DNA of 64,000 nucleotides, from the NCBI GenBank assembly GCA_050251945.1, contig JBFWLW010000002.1, positions 1 through 64,000 of the forward strand, written 5' to 3'. Of the stretch, positions 1 through 9,381 are shown one piece after another. The stretch is from Deferribacterales bacterium (GTDB taxonomy: Bacteria > Chrysiogenota > Deferribacteres > Deferribacterales > Geovibrionaceae). Made by a program: the position numbers and the translations under genes. Position 1 is the stretch's first letter, and the number at the start of each line of letters is the position of its first letter. The notes beneath the pieces are model-generated. The model saw nothing but the letters and a program-made list of their open reading frames with translations. It was not told where the DNA came from and made no database searches.

Positions 1-4
1 TAAA

Positions 5-78
5 TCGGGATGAGAAGATTTGAACTTCCGACCCCTGGAACCCGAAACCAGTGCGCTACCAAGCTGCGCTACATCCCG
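5..78 (-). tRNA. tRNA-Pro, anticodon CGG, CCA not encoded
   Basis: Reverse complement CGGGATGTAGCGCAGCTTGGTAGCGCACTGGTTTCGGGTTCCAGGGGTCGGAAGTTCAAATCTTCTCATCCCGA folds as a cloverleaf with GTTCAAATC T-loop and loop TT-CGG-GT. Confidence 0.95.
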
Positions 79-304
79 TAAAGTTTTGCAGAAAATCCAG
101 TCCTAGGATTTTCTGCCAACGCTTCGCATCGGCAAAAGCCTCAGCTAAGCTCACGCAAGCGGGGTTCATCCTGAACCCTTACCCACGCCCACGCCGCAGT
201 TCGGATTTATCTGCGGAAGAGTAAAAAAGAATACTCCATCCTGCTTATTTTGCAAGTGTTTTTTGCTTAAAACGCAGAAATGCGATGGTTATAAACGGAG
301 TCTC

Positions 305-336
305 AAAAAAAGGGTCTCCGCGTTAACGAAGACCCT
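305..336 (-). terminator. Intrinsic terminator after the multiheme cytochrome gene
   Basis: AAGGGTCT..AGACCCTT stem with an A-run on its left (U-run on the minus strand). Confidence 0.7.
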
Positions 337-360
337 TAAAGGCACGAGGCTAACTATGCC

Positions 361-2277
361 TTATTTCATATTTTTCAGCATCTCCGCCGCATATGCCACG
401 TTGTGGGGCAGAACGGCTTTGATCTTTTTAAGCTGCGCAAGTTTCGCAGGGTCTTTCTCTTTGCTTATCATGCCATGCAGAGTGGCATAGAGATTCTGAT
501 ATTCGCCGAAACCTTTCGCATACTTTTTGTCGTCAAATTTGATCTCAAAGTCGATACCTTTTACATTCCATGCTTCGGGGTTTTTCAGGAAAGGAGCGAA
601 GTCTTCAACATCAACACCGTCTGCAGTGACTATTTCGGTATTGGTCATGTTCTCAAATCTAATACCTTTTTTGCCTGCCGTAACTGTGTAAGAACCGCTG
701 AACGGTTTCTTAACAGCGTTTGCAAGGTCAAATGTATACCATGAGGTAGCTTTCTGTTCATGTGAAGCGTGGCAGCTTGCGCAGTCTCTCGCTTCGCCTA
801 CTGAGTGAGACATTTTGTCCATCTGAACCCATGCAAGCATTTTATCGTTTGTTTTGTAACCGCCGTAAAGACCTGTGATGATGTACATATCGTTCACTTC
901 GTCGGCGCTTCTTTCAACTTCAAAGCTCTCTGGCTGACCGATAGAGGTGTTGCCTTTAACAGTTGTTTTGGGGATGTCGCGAAGCAGAAGCTTATTAGTG
1001 ACCTTCGGTTTTTTCGCAATGTTCATTGTGCCCATGGGATAGGGTTTCAAAGGTATCCAGAGTCCTGTTTTGGGCTGTTTAACGATAGTGGGCAGGTCTC
1101 TTGTGCCGTAATATTCTTTATATTTTGTATAAAGGTTGGGCATCCCTTCGGATTTGCCGGGTCCCCAGAAGGTATACTGATACGCGCCCACAGCCTTAAC
1201 GTGGCATGATGAACAGTCAACGTTTCCGTGTTCACTTTTCTGTGCGGCATCATAGATTTCCGCGTGGCATTTCTGACATGATTTTCTGGCGCTTTCAGAG
1301 CCGATGTGACCGTATGAGTGGTTTTTAGACTCGTGACAGTCTATACACTGGATACCTTTTGCAAAGTGTACGTCGTCATGCAGTTCATTCACGGGGAACG
1401 CAAATTCCTGACGCATATATCCCGCACCGCGTCTTCTGTCCATGGGACCTGCGTGGCATATTGTGCCGCGTCCGCCGCCATAGCAGGAAAGGGTTTCAGG
1501 TTTTTTGGTGAATGTGTGACGTGCTTTTGACTGTTTAAAGCCTTCATAGTGGCAGTCGTTGCAGCTTGCGTGGCATTTGTTGCATCCTCTGTCGCTGCCT
1601 GCTGCCATAGCTTTAGTATAGCCCTCCCCCCTCGCACATTCGCCTTTCAGCTCTTCGTAGTTGTCACCGAACCATGGACCGCAGTTCTGGGGTCCGGGTT
1701 TGTCTGATGACCAGTGGGTGAAGCCTCTCTGGGTTTTCTGGAGACCCATTCCGGCTTTGTTATAGTCTTTGACCTCGTTTTCGTGGCACTGTCCGCAGGT
1801 TTTCATAGCAACTTCGGGGCTATATGCCATTGTTTTGGGGTCACGGTCGTGCCAGTTGAGCATGGGAAGAAGTTTAACGCCCATTTCCTCTCCCTTTTTG
1901 GGATCGGGTTTAGCGCCGAGAAGTTTTGTTCTGTCCGTGCCTTTGGGAGTGATGGGAGCGAAGTTTGTTATCTCTCTGCCCACAGCCTGATATTTGTATT
2001 TTGCGCCCACAGCCGCATAAAAAGGTCTGGGCATGTCTTTGTGCGCCTCATCCTTGTCCATTGCGGCGGGGTTGCCAAGGTGGCAGGATTCGCAGGCGAT
2101 TCCGCCCATGTTTACCTCTTTGTCCACTTCCGTGGGGTCAAGGTACATCTGGGGGAAACCGAGTTTGGTTATCATCTCTTTGTTTCCGTGGCATTTGACG
2201 CAGGAAGAATCGGCATCAAAGGCGAACGCAGGTACGGCAAAGAGAGCCGTTAAAATAAAGATAAATGCAAAACGCAT
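361..2277 (-). CDS. Exported multiheme cytochrome c (9 CxxCH plus one CX8CH)
   Basis: Signal peptide MRFAFIFILTALFAVPAFA; motifs CVKCH, CESCH, CGQCH, CNKCH, CNDCH, CIDCH, CQKCH, CSSCH, CASCH; start moved to ATG 2277 behind GGAGGT. Confidence 0.9.
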   Translation of the reverse strand: MRFAFIFILTALFAVPAFAFDADSSCVKCHGNKEMITKLGFPQMYLDPTEVDKEVNMGGIACESCHLGNPAAMDKDEAHKDMPRPFYAAVGAKYKYQAVGREITNFAPITPKGTDRTKLLGAKPDPKKGEEMGVKLLPMLNWHDRDPKTMAYSPEVAMKTCGQCHENEVKDYNKAGMGLQKTQRGFTHWSSDKPGPQNCGPWFGDNYEELKGECARGEGYTKAMAAGSDRGCNKCHASCNDCHYEGFKQSKARHTFTKKPETLSCYGGGRGTICHAGPMDRRRGAGYMRQEFAFPVNELHDDVHFAKGIQCIDCHESKNHSYGHIGSESARKSCQKCHAEIYDAAQKSEHGNVDCSSCHVKAVGAYQYTFWGPGKSEGMPNLYTKYKEYYGTRDLPTIVKQPKTGLWIPLKPYPMGTMNIAKKPKVTNKLLLRDIPKTTVKGNTSIGQPESFEVERSADEVNDMYIITGLYGGYKTNDKMLAWVQMDKMSHSVGEARDCASCHASHEQKATSWYTFDLANAVKKPFSGSYTVTAGKKGIRFENMTNTEIVTADGVDVEDFAPFLKNPEAWNVKGIDFEIKFDDKKYAKGFGEYQNLYATLHGMISKEKDPAKLAQLKKIKAVLPHNVAYAAEMLKNMK

Positions 2278-2305
2278 TACGCACCTCCATAGTTGAATAT
2301 TTAAT

Positions 2306-2322
2306 TGCAACATATGTGCCGA
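2306..2322 (-). promoter_or_regulatory. sigma54 -24/-12 promoter of the cytochrome gene
   Basis: TCGGCAC-ATATG-TTGCA on the minus strand, directly downstream of a sigma54 activator gene. Confidence 0.8.
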
Positions 2323-2414
2323 AAAACCGCATCCGAAAGCCGCAGTTTTCGTTCAGGTTTTTGCAAATTGCAAAAAACATCGTCAGCAAATGTGTAAAAT
2401 GCGAATACTGATTA

Positions 2415-3704
2415 TTACCCGATACCGAATTCTTTCAGTTTGCGGTAGACGGTGGAGGTGTCAACGCCCAGAATCCCCGCCGCTTTCTGGCGGTTGCCTC
2501 CTGCGATGTCCAGAACCTTGAGGATATGGCGCTTCATGACTGCGTCAAGGCTCAGCGTGTCCGCCTCAATAGGGCATCCCAGATTCAGCGATTCGCAGCC
2601 CAGAAGTTCGCCCTGTTCCAGTATCATGGCGCGTTCGATGATGTTTGACAGCTCCCTGATGTTGCCGGGGTAATCGTAGCTTTGCAGGCAGCTGAGAGCC
2701 GATTCCTCAATCCCTTTGATATGTGTATTGATGTGTTTGTATTTTTCCATAAAATGATGCGCGAGTGGCAGGATGTCCTCCCTTCTTTCGCGCAATGGCG
2801 GGAGTTCTATATTTATAACGTTCAGCCTGTAGAAAAGATCCTGACGGAACTCTCCCTTATCGGACATGACTGAAAGGTCGCGGTTTGTGGCGGTGATAAT
2901 TCGCACATCCGCCTGTTCCTGCACAGGACAGCCGACGGGATAAAAACTTTTAGTCTCCAGAAACCGCAGAAATTTCGGCTGGAGGTCAAGGGGCATCTCG
3001 CCTATTTCGTCCAGAAACAGCGAGCCGCCGTATGCCGATTGAATTATCCCTTTTCTGTCACTGTCGGCACTCGTAAAAGCTCCGCGCTTATGCCCGAAAA
3101 GTTCGCTTTCAAAAAGGTGCTGCTGCAAATTACAGCAGTTTATGGCGGCAAAGGGTCTTTTGCTGCGTTCGCTGTTCTCGTGAATGAATCTCGCCAGCAC
3201 CTCTTTACCGGTTCCTGTTTCGCCTGTAACAAGGACGTTTGAATCGGTTTTGGCAACCCGCGCCGCGGTATTGAGTATAGCCTCCATCTTCGCGGAAACG
3301 CCGACTATACCGCTTTTTCTTGCGGCGGTGTCCGCAAGCGCCTTAAGCGCCAGTTTCTCGTTCACAAGGTCAAGTTTATATGTCAGAAGCTCGGTATCCA
3401 CAGGTTTCGGAATATAGTCGAATGCGCCTGACTTAATAGCCTTCACGGATTCGTCAATACTGCTCTGACCCGTCATAAGTATCAGCACTGTTTCCGGACT
3501 GACAGATTTCAGTTTTTCCAGAACGTCGAACCCTGTCATTTCCGGCATACGGATGTCCGACACAACGACGTCGGCACCGCTCTGTGCAACATATTCCACA
3601 GCCATTTGCGGTGAAACGAACGACATCACCGTATAGTTCTTCTCAACCACACGTTTCAGCGTGCGGTTAAGAACTGCATCGTCTTCAATCAGAACTACTT
3701 TCAT
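2415..3704 (-). CDS. NtrC-family sigma54-dependent response regulator (REC-AAA+-Fis HTH)
   Basis: Receiver (EDD, DIRMP), Walker A GETGTGKE, GAFTSA loop, LFLDEIGE, C-terminal HTH. Confidence 0.93.
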   Translation of the reverse strand: MKVVLIEDDAVLNRTLKRVVEKNYTVMSFVSPQMAVEYVAQSGADVVVSDIRMPEMTGFDVLEKLKSVSPETVLILMTGQSSIDESVKAIKSGAFDYIPKPVDTELLTYKLDLVNEKLALKALADTAARKSGIVGVSAKMEAILNTAARVAKTDSNVLVTGETGTGKEVLARFIHENSERSKRPFAAINCCNLQQHLFESELFGHKRGAFTSADSDRKGIIQSAYGGSLFLDEIGEMPLDLQPKFLRFLETKSFYPVGCPVQEQADVRIITATNRDLSVMSDKGEFRQDLFYRLNVINIELPPLRERREDILPLAHHFMEKYKHINTHIKGIEESALSCLQSYDYPGNIRELSNIIERAMILEQGELLGCESLNLGCPIEADTLSLDAVMKRHILKVLDIAGGNRQKAAGILGVDTSTVYRKLKEFGIG

Positions 3705-5514
3705 CCCTCAACTCCAGTCTGATATTGAATTCGGTTCCTTTGCCCACTTCGCTCTCAACGGATATCTGTCCGCCGTGCTTTTTCACTATCTTATGCACCA
3801 GCGAAAGCCCAAGCCCCATGCCCTTGCTGGGCGCTTTTGTTGTGTGGAACGGGTCAAAAATCCTGTCTATCTCGTCCGTCGGTATCCCGCAGCCGTTATC
3901 GGAAACCGACAGCAGGGCATATCCTTCCGAGCGTTTCAGCTTAACGCGGATCCTGCCGTTGTCCCCCAGTGAATCCAGCCCGTTCTGAACCAGATTAAGC
4001 ACCATCTGCTGTAAAAGTGTGGGGAAACCTGAAACCACTACGTCATCAAGATCGGTCTCTATGAGCGCATCTGTGTTCATGTATTTTAGCGTTTTTTCAA
4101 TTACGTCTTTCATATGCACCGGCAGAGGCTCGGAACTCCCCTCTTTGTCCGGCGCCAGCTTTTTAAGGTTGTCTATTATATCCACACATCTTTTCGCCTC
4201 ATGCTCAATGGTGGCGAGGTCTTCGTTGTCACCCGTCTCCTGCTGCAAAAGTTTTGTGAGTATTATTATCGAGTTAAGAGGAGTATTCAGTTCATGCGCT
4301 ATGCCGCCCGCCATTACGCCAAGCGCCGAAAGACGGTTCATAAGCTCCATACGCATCTGGGTGTTCTTCAGGTCTTCGATATAAACTTTCAGGCTGTCCG
4401 CCATAGAACGGATGCTTTTTGCTATCTCGTCTATTTCGCCTGTGTATTTGCCGTCCAGCGGGTAATCAAAATCGCCCCGGCTGTAAGCTGTCACCGCTCT
4501 CTTTATCTCCGCAAACGGACGCATGAAATATTTGCTGAAAACAGCCGCCGTGAGGATACTTAAGATTATACAGAACAGCATCACTCCTATGAATTCGTGA
4601 CGAAGTGCCGTAAGCGACTGAAAGAAAAAATCTTTATACATAACAGTGCATATTTTCCATGACTGCCGTTTATCCTCGTAAGGGTAATAGGTGGAAAAGA
4701 ACATGAAACCATCTTTCAGCGGAATCATATTCTGTTCAGCCGCCGCCAGAGTTTTGAAATTATCTTTGCCGTATACCGTGTCGAAAAAATATTCCGTGCC
4801 GAACTGATTTGCGAATTCATATTTGTGGTCGGGATGGAAGATGAAAACACCGTTGCGCTCAGGCACCCTGCCGTTCATCTCGACGATAAAGGAATAACCC
4901 CTTTTCGTGTCGAGCTGGCTGGCGGTCTCGCCCAGCTTCTTGCCCCATAAATTCACTATCAGATAGCCGATGACCTTGTCCCCTTCAAATATGGGGAGCA
5001 TACTGCGTATCATCGAAGGGCAGAAGGATACCGCGTCGGGCAAATGACCACGCTCGAAATCGGAAAACGTGGGTTCGTGCTTAGGGTTTCTGCTTACAAG
5101 CTGGAAAAAATCTTTGTCGCCTATGAAGATAGGTTTATAATCCGGCTTTGCCGACACAAGCTCGCCTTCCCGCCAGAACACGACGATATTTCCCCTAAGG
5201 TCAATAAGCCGCATCGCCTGAATGTCGGACATCTTTCCAGCATATATAGTAAACAGTTTCTCAATGGACTGCCTGTCTGTCTTCCCCTCGAAATACTCTT
5301 TCAGGGCGCTGTTTTCGGAAAGCGCAAGCATCAGATAACGTATACGTATAAGGAAATCGTCGATACCGTTCTTTTTGAGGCGGAGAATAATATCCGCCTG
5401 AGCGTTCATATCTTCCGTAATGAGGCTTTTTGACTGTGAAAAGTAGATGCCCGTGGTGATGAGCAGAACAAGAGCCACAAGGATACTGATGAAGAGCGCC
5501 AGACGTTTTATCAT
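3685..5514 (-). CDS. Sensor histidine kinase (periplasmic Cache-like domain, HAMP, HisKA, HATPase)
   Basis: Two TM segments, AHELNTPL H-box, NLVQNG, DNGCG and GMGLGL boxes; overlaps the regulator start. Confidence 0.92.
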   Translation of the reverse strand: MIKRLALFISILVALVLLITTGIYFSQSKSLITEDMNAQADIILRLKKNGIDDFLIRIRYLMLALSENSALKEYFEGKTDRQSIEKLFTIYAGKMSDIQAMRLIDLRGNIVVFWREGELVSAKPDYKPIFIGDKDFFQLVSRNPKHEPTFSDFERGHLPDAVSFCPSMIRSMLPIFEGDKVIGYLIVNLWGKKLGETASQLDTKRGYSFIVEMNGRVPERNGVFIFHPDHKYEFANQFGTEYFFDTVYGKDNFKTLAAAEQNMIPLKDGFMFFSTYYPYEDKRQSWKICTVMYKDFFFQSLTALRHEFIGVMLFCIILSILTAAVFSKYFMRPFAEIKRAVTAYSRGDFDYPLDGKYTGEIDEIAKSIRSMADSLKVYIEDLKNTQMRMELMNRLSALGVMAGGIAHELNTPLNSIIILTKLLQQETGDNEDLATIEHEAKRCVDIIDNLKKLAPDKEGSSEPLPVHMKDVIEKTLKYMNTDALIETDLDDVVVSGFPTLLQQMVLNLVQNGLDSLGDNGRIRVKLKRSEGYALLSVSDNGCGIPTDEIDRIFDPFHTTKAPSKGMGLGLSLVHKIVKKHGGQISVESEVGKGTEFNIRLELRDESSSD

Positions 5515-5553
5515 AGGAGGATATTACATTCTAAACAAAATTCCCGCAAGTGG

Positions 5554-5916
5554 TCAGAAAGCAGGCTGCTCCAAGGGGCGTTTTTTCGGGTTTCTGCCGT
5601 ACTGATTGTCCTCTCTGCTGTCCTGACAGTAAAAAACGAGCAGAACTATGAAACCGATAACAGGCACAAGCATGATAAGCAGCCACCATGCTGAACGGTT
5701 CGTATCGTGCAGCCGGCGGATGCTGACGGCAGAGGCGGGAATAATCACCGCCAGAGAATAAAGGATATCTATCAGGTCGGTATCAATAAAATAGCCGATG
5801 AAAGAGATCAAAGACAGTATCACAACGTTAAACAGAGTGAACATCCAGTATTCCGCTCTTGTGGATCTGCTTCTGAAATCAAGCCAGTCTTTCCACACCT
5901 TCAGATACCATTCCAT
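5554..5916 (-). CDS. DUF805 (YhaH/YhaI-like) inner-membrane protein
   Basis: R-STRAEYWMF, IRRLHDTNRSAWW and NQYG-NP signature motifs. Confidence 0.88.
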   Translation of the reverse strand: MEWYLKVWKDWLDFRSRSTRAEYWMFTLFNVVILSLISFIGYFIDTDLIDILYSLAVIIPASAVSIRRLHDTNRSAWWLLIMLVPVIGFIVLLVFYCQDSREDNQYGRNPKKRPLEQPAF

Positions 5917-5935
5917 AGCCCCCCCCCAAAAAAAA

Positions 5936-6277
5936 TTACGCTGGGAAATAAATCCCCACGGATTTTATGATGAATTTGCCGACAAAAAGACACGAACCGA
6001 AAAGAACTACATATATGCCGACATAAGAGATCGTATTGTTCCTGCTGAAATCGAAAAGAAATCTGTCCAGTTTCGCTACGGAATCCAAAGCACAAAGCTC
6101 CGGTTCGTCCCCTCTGTTCAACAGAGAAAGAGAACCCAGAACAATAATGTAAACACCCATAACGATATAATACGCGAGCCTCATTTTGGGTTCGTTCATA
6201 AAAAGTACGTCACCGAGAAGAATGAAAACCAGAACGTGAACAAACTCAAACACTGCCACAGTTGTAAAAGATATCAT
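5936..6277 (-). CDS. Hypothetical membrane protein
   Basis: Three hydrophobic segments, GGGGGA before ATG 6277, co-oriented with DUF805; no family recognised. Confidence 0.5.
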   Translation of the reverse strand: MISFTTVAVFEFVHVLVFILLGDVLFMNEPKMRLAYYIVMGVYIIVLGSLSLLNRGDEPELCALDSVAKLDRFLFDFSRNNTISYVGIYVVLFGSCLFVGKFIIKSVGIYFPA

Positions 6278-6713
6278 CGACCATCCCCCTGCATCAAATG
6301 AAATTTCCACAGCATAATAAATACTGTCGATTCAGATACAGGCTTACTGAAAATATCCAGACCGGAAAACCGGCGAGCCTCCCCGTACATCAATCGACCA
6401 ATATTAAATAAATATTTGTTGCTACATTTTAGCGCCGTGACGGATGATTGTCAAAGCAATCACAGCCTTCGGCAAAATTATCGGATAAAAGAAAACCAAT
6501 GTCAGCAAAAGCTAAAATTCCGCAATAGGAGAATACATGAAAATCAGTTTTATATTTATTAATTTTACCAGTACCGAACCTGTTCACGCAACCCCTAAAA
6601 AATAGCAGGTATTTCTTTATGAAAATCACTGATATTAGATATCATTATCATTAATCAATGTCAAATGATTCAATACGCTATACAAAAAATTTAACTGACT
6701 GGATAATGGAAGC

Positions 6714-6740
6714 AAAAAAGCCTGCTCAAAGGCAGGCTTT
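6714..6740 (-). terminator. rpmB terminator
   Basis: AAAAAAGCCTGC-TCAAAG-GCAGGCTTT hairpin. Confidence 0.75.
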
Positions 6741-6785
6741 CATGAATTTTTTCTGATTTAAAGACCGCAGAGGCAGGACAGAAAC

Positions 6786-6974
6786 TTAAGCTTTCTGAAC
6801 TTTGCCCGCTTTCATGCATTTCGTGCAGACAGTTTTGCGCACGACTTCACCGTCCACAACGACTCTGATTTTATGTACATTGGGATAGAAAACCCTTCTT
6901 GATACATTATGAGCGTGGCTGATCTGGTGACCGAACATGGGGCCTTTACCGCAGATTTCACATCTTCTGGCCAT
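6786..6974 (-). CDS. rpmB: 50S ribosomal protein L28 (Zn-ribbon type)
   Basis: MARRCEICGKGPMFGHQISHAHN..FYPNV..VCTKC. Confidence 0.97.
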   Translation of the reverse strand: MARRCEICGKGPMFGHQISHAHNVSRRVFYPNVHKIRVVVDGEVVRKTVCTKCMKAGKVQKA

Positions 6975-7073
6975 CGTACCTACCTCCTTGATTTCGAGAG
7001 CTTAAAATGTTAGCATAACTTCTGTATTCAAACAAGCATTATTTTGCATGTATTTTTACAAAGGAAGAACACA

Positions 7074-7763
7074 ATGACAGAAGACAGGATTAAAATCCAG
7101 CTAAATTTTCAGAATGACCTATTTATTTATTCGGAAAGCCTTTATCCGCAGGTTGAAAAGATTCAGAAGTTCAGCCACGGCGGAGAATACGCAGCTTACG
7201 AGAGGCTTTCGCCAAAGAACTTCTTCAATACCGACAAACCGTTTAATATCGAGATAGGTATAGGAAACGGTGAATTTCTGAGTGAATATGCAAAGGCTAA
7301 TCCCGACCACAACTACCTCGGCTTTGAAGTTATGAAACGCATATTCAACCGCGCCGTCACAAAAGCCCGCCAGATAGAGAACGACAACATCCGGCTCATA
7401 CATTTCGATGCGACCTTCATCGTGTCCATTCTTGAGGACGGATGTGTGGACAACTTCTATGTAAACTTCCCCGACCCGTGGCCCAAAAAAAAGCACCTGA
7501 AACGCAGACTGCTGAAAACAGAGTTTATCGAACTGCTTACAAAAAAACTTAAAACAGGCGGCACTCTCTGCATGGCTACCGATCAGATAGACTATGCGCA
7601 GGAAATCGCTGAGAATCTCAAACCTGTTAAAGAATTAAAAAGCGTATATAATACTATGTATATTGACAGGCTGGACGACTACCTGCCGACAAAATATTAC
7701 AGGAAGTTCGTCCCCGAACTGGGGGTCAGCTTCTTCCGCCTTAAAAAAACCGACGGGAAGTGA
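7074..7763 (+). CDS. trmB: tRNA (guanine-N7)-methyltransferase
   Basis: IEIGIGNG SAM motif, NFPDPWPKKKH, ATD and TKY motifs. Confidence 0.93.
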   Translation: MTEDRIKIQLNFQNDLFIYSESLYPQVEKIQKFSHGGEYAAYERLSPKNFFNTDKPFNIEIGIGNGEFLSEYAKANPDHNYLGFEVMKRIFNRAVTKARQIENDNIRLIHFDATFIVSILEDGCVDNFYVNFPDPWPKKKHLKRRLLKTEFIELLTKKLKTGGTLCMATDQIDYAQEIAENLKPVKELKSVYNTMYIDRLDDYLPTKYYRKFVPELGVSFFRLKKTDGK

Positions 7764-7764
7764 C

Positions 7765-9009
7765 ATGAAAAAACTCTTCATCCTTTTTGCCATGATATTG
7801 ACATTCTCCTTCGCACAGGCGAAAGAGGTGCTTGTCTGCGAAGTAAACGGCATAATCAGCGGGTATACTCACAATTACCTGAAACAGGCACTTAAAAAGG
7901 CGGCAGACGAGGACGCTGTTCTTCTTGTGCGTCTGGACACTCCGGGCGGACTTCTGGATTCCACCAGAAAGATAGTGCAGATGTTCCTTGAATCCGAAAC
8001 CCCTGTGATAGTGTTCGTCGCTCCGCAGGGAGCGCGGGCAGGTTCAGCAGGAACCTTCATAACCCTTTCAGCAAACTATGCGGCAATGGCGGAGGGCAGC
8101 AACATAGGCGCAGCCCATCCTGTCGACATCTCCGGCAAGGATATTCAGGGGAACATGGCGCAAAAAGTTGAAAACGACACCGTGGCGTTTATGAAATCCA
8201 TAGCGGAAAAACGCGGCAGAAATGCCGAAGCGGCAGTTGAAACCGTGACAAACTCCGTAAGCTATACATCAAAAGAGGCTCTTGAAAAAGGAATTATAGA
8301 CGGCATAGCAAATACTGACGCCGGGGTTGTTAAACTTGCGGCGGCAAAACTAGGCTTTGAGGCCGGCGGCATAACTGCGCTCAACCCTTCGGCAATGCAA
8401 AAGACGGCGTTTTTTCTGAGCGACCCGAACATACTGATACTCCTGCTGTTCGTGGGCATTGCAGCGATATTTCTTGAATTTAAGATGCCCGGCACATTCG
8501 TTTTCGCAGGCATAGGCATAGCCGCGCTGGTGCTGTTTCTGGCGGGGATAAACATTATTCCTGTCAATTCACTCGCCCTTCTTCTGATACTGGCGGGATT
8601 CGGTCTGCTGATAGCGGAGGTTTTCATCCCCAGCTTCGGGCTTCTGACTCTGGCGGCTGTGGTCTGCATGGGTTTCGGAATGTATCTTATGTTCTCAAGG
8701 GAGGGCAACATGGGTATCGGAGTCTCCTTCTGGCTCATCTTCGGCGTTATTGGAACAATAGCCGCAGTTTTCATTTTTCTGGGCAGGCTTTTGATTAAAG
8801 ACTTCAGAAAAAAAACTGTCACAGGCAAAGAGGGAATTATAGGCGAGACCGGAACGATCATGGATTGGGAGAATAACACGGGTCATATTTTTATACATGG
8901 TGAACTTTGGAAGGCTAAAAGTTCGTTTAATTTCAATAAAAACGATTCCGCAAGGGTGACAGCCGTTGAGGGGATGGTCTTGACACTGGAGGCTAGTAAT
9001 AATGAGTGA
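7765..9009 (+). CDS. nfeD: Long-form NfeD (ClpP-like protease domain, TM bundle, OB fold)
   Basis: Signal peptide, LDTPGG, AGSAG, SNIGAAHPV, C-terminal HGELWKA. Confidence 0.9.
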   Translation: MKKLFILFAMILTFSFAQAKEVLVCEVNGIISGYTHNYLKQALKKAADEDAVLLVRLDTPGGLLDSTRKIVQMFLESETPVIVFVAPQGARAGSAGTFITLSANYAAMAEGSNIGAAHPVDISGKDIQGNMAQKVENDTVAFMKSIAEKRGRNAEAAVETVTNSVSYTSKEALEKGIIDGIANTDAGVVKLAAAKLGFEAGGITALNPSAMQKTAFFLSDPNILILLLFVGIAAIFLEFKMPGTFVFAGIGIAALVLFLAGINIIPVNSLALLLILAGFGLLIAEVFIPSFGLLTLAAVVCMGFGMYLMFSREGNMGIGVSFWLIFGVIGTIAAVFIFLGRLLIKDFRKKTVTGKEGIIGETGTIMDWENNTGHIFIHGELWKAKSSFNFNKNDSARVTAVEGMVLTLEASNNE

Positions 9010-9259
9010 TTCAATGAAAGAGATGATGGAATTCCCGACCATTTTTACCTTTAAAGCGATGGGGGAAAATACGGAATTTTTCCGAAACGACATAAAAAAC
9101 ATATTTGTCAGATACGAGTCCGCATTAGTATCAGAAAAGACAAGTACAAAAGGCACTTACACTTCAATCTCCATAACCGTCGAGGTTGAAAATTTTGACG
9201 AATTGCAAAATATATATACTAAAATAAAGGAAACAAATGGTCTGAAATTCCATTTATAA
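9002..9259 (+). CDS. YbeD/DUF493 family ACT-like protein
   Basis: EFPTIFTFKAMG..STKGTYTSISIT..IY pattern. Confidence 0.85.
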   Translation: MSDSMKEMMEFPTIFTFKAMGENTEFFRNDIKNIFVRYESALVSEKTSTKGTYTSISITVEVENFDELQNIYTKIKETNGLKFHL

Positions 9260-9381
9260 CAGAATCTTACGTTTGATTTTTATTTTCAGAACTTACCCTT
9301 TTTGTGTTTGCAAAAGTTAACTAATGTGCTAAATTATGTCCAGGTTTTGCAAAAGATGCTCATTAGTTTGCGGGGTAATAC

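Noticed and set aside
361..2277. Selenocysteine or other recoding in the cytochrome
   Set aside because: The ORF is uninterrupted and ends at TAA before a terminator.
1..5514. Integrative element at tRNA-Pro
   Set aside because: No integrase or att duplication seen; the tRNA 3' flank lies outside the window.
6429..6629. 66-aa ORF
   Set aside because: No RBS or recognisable motif; AT-rich intergenic sequence.
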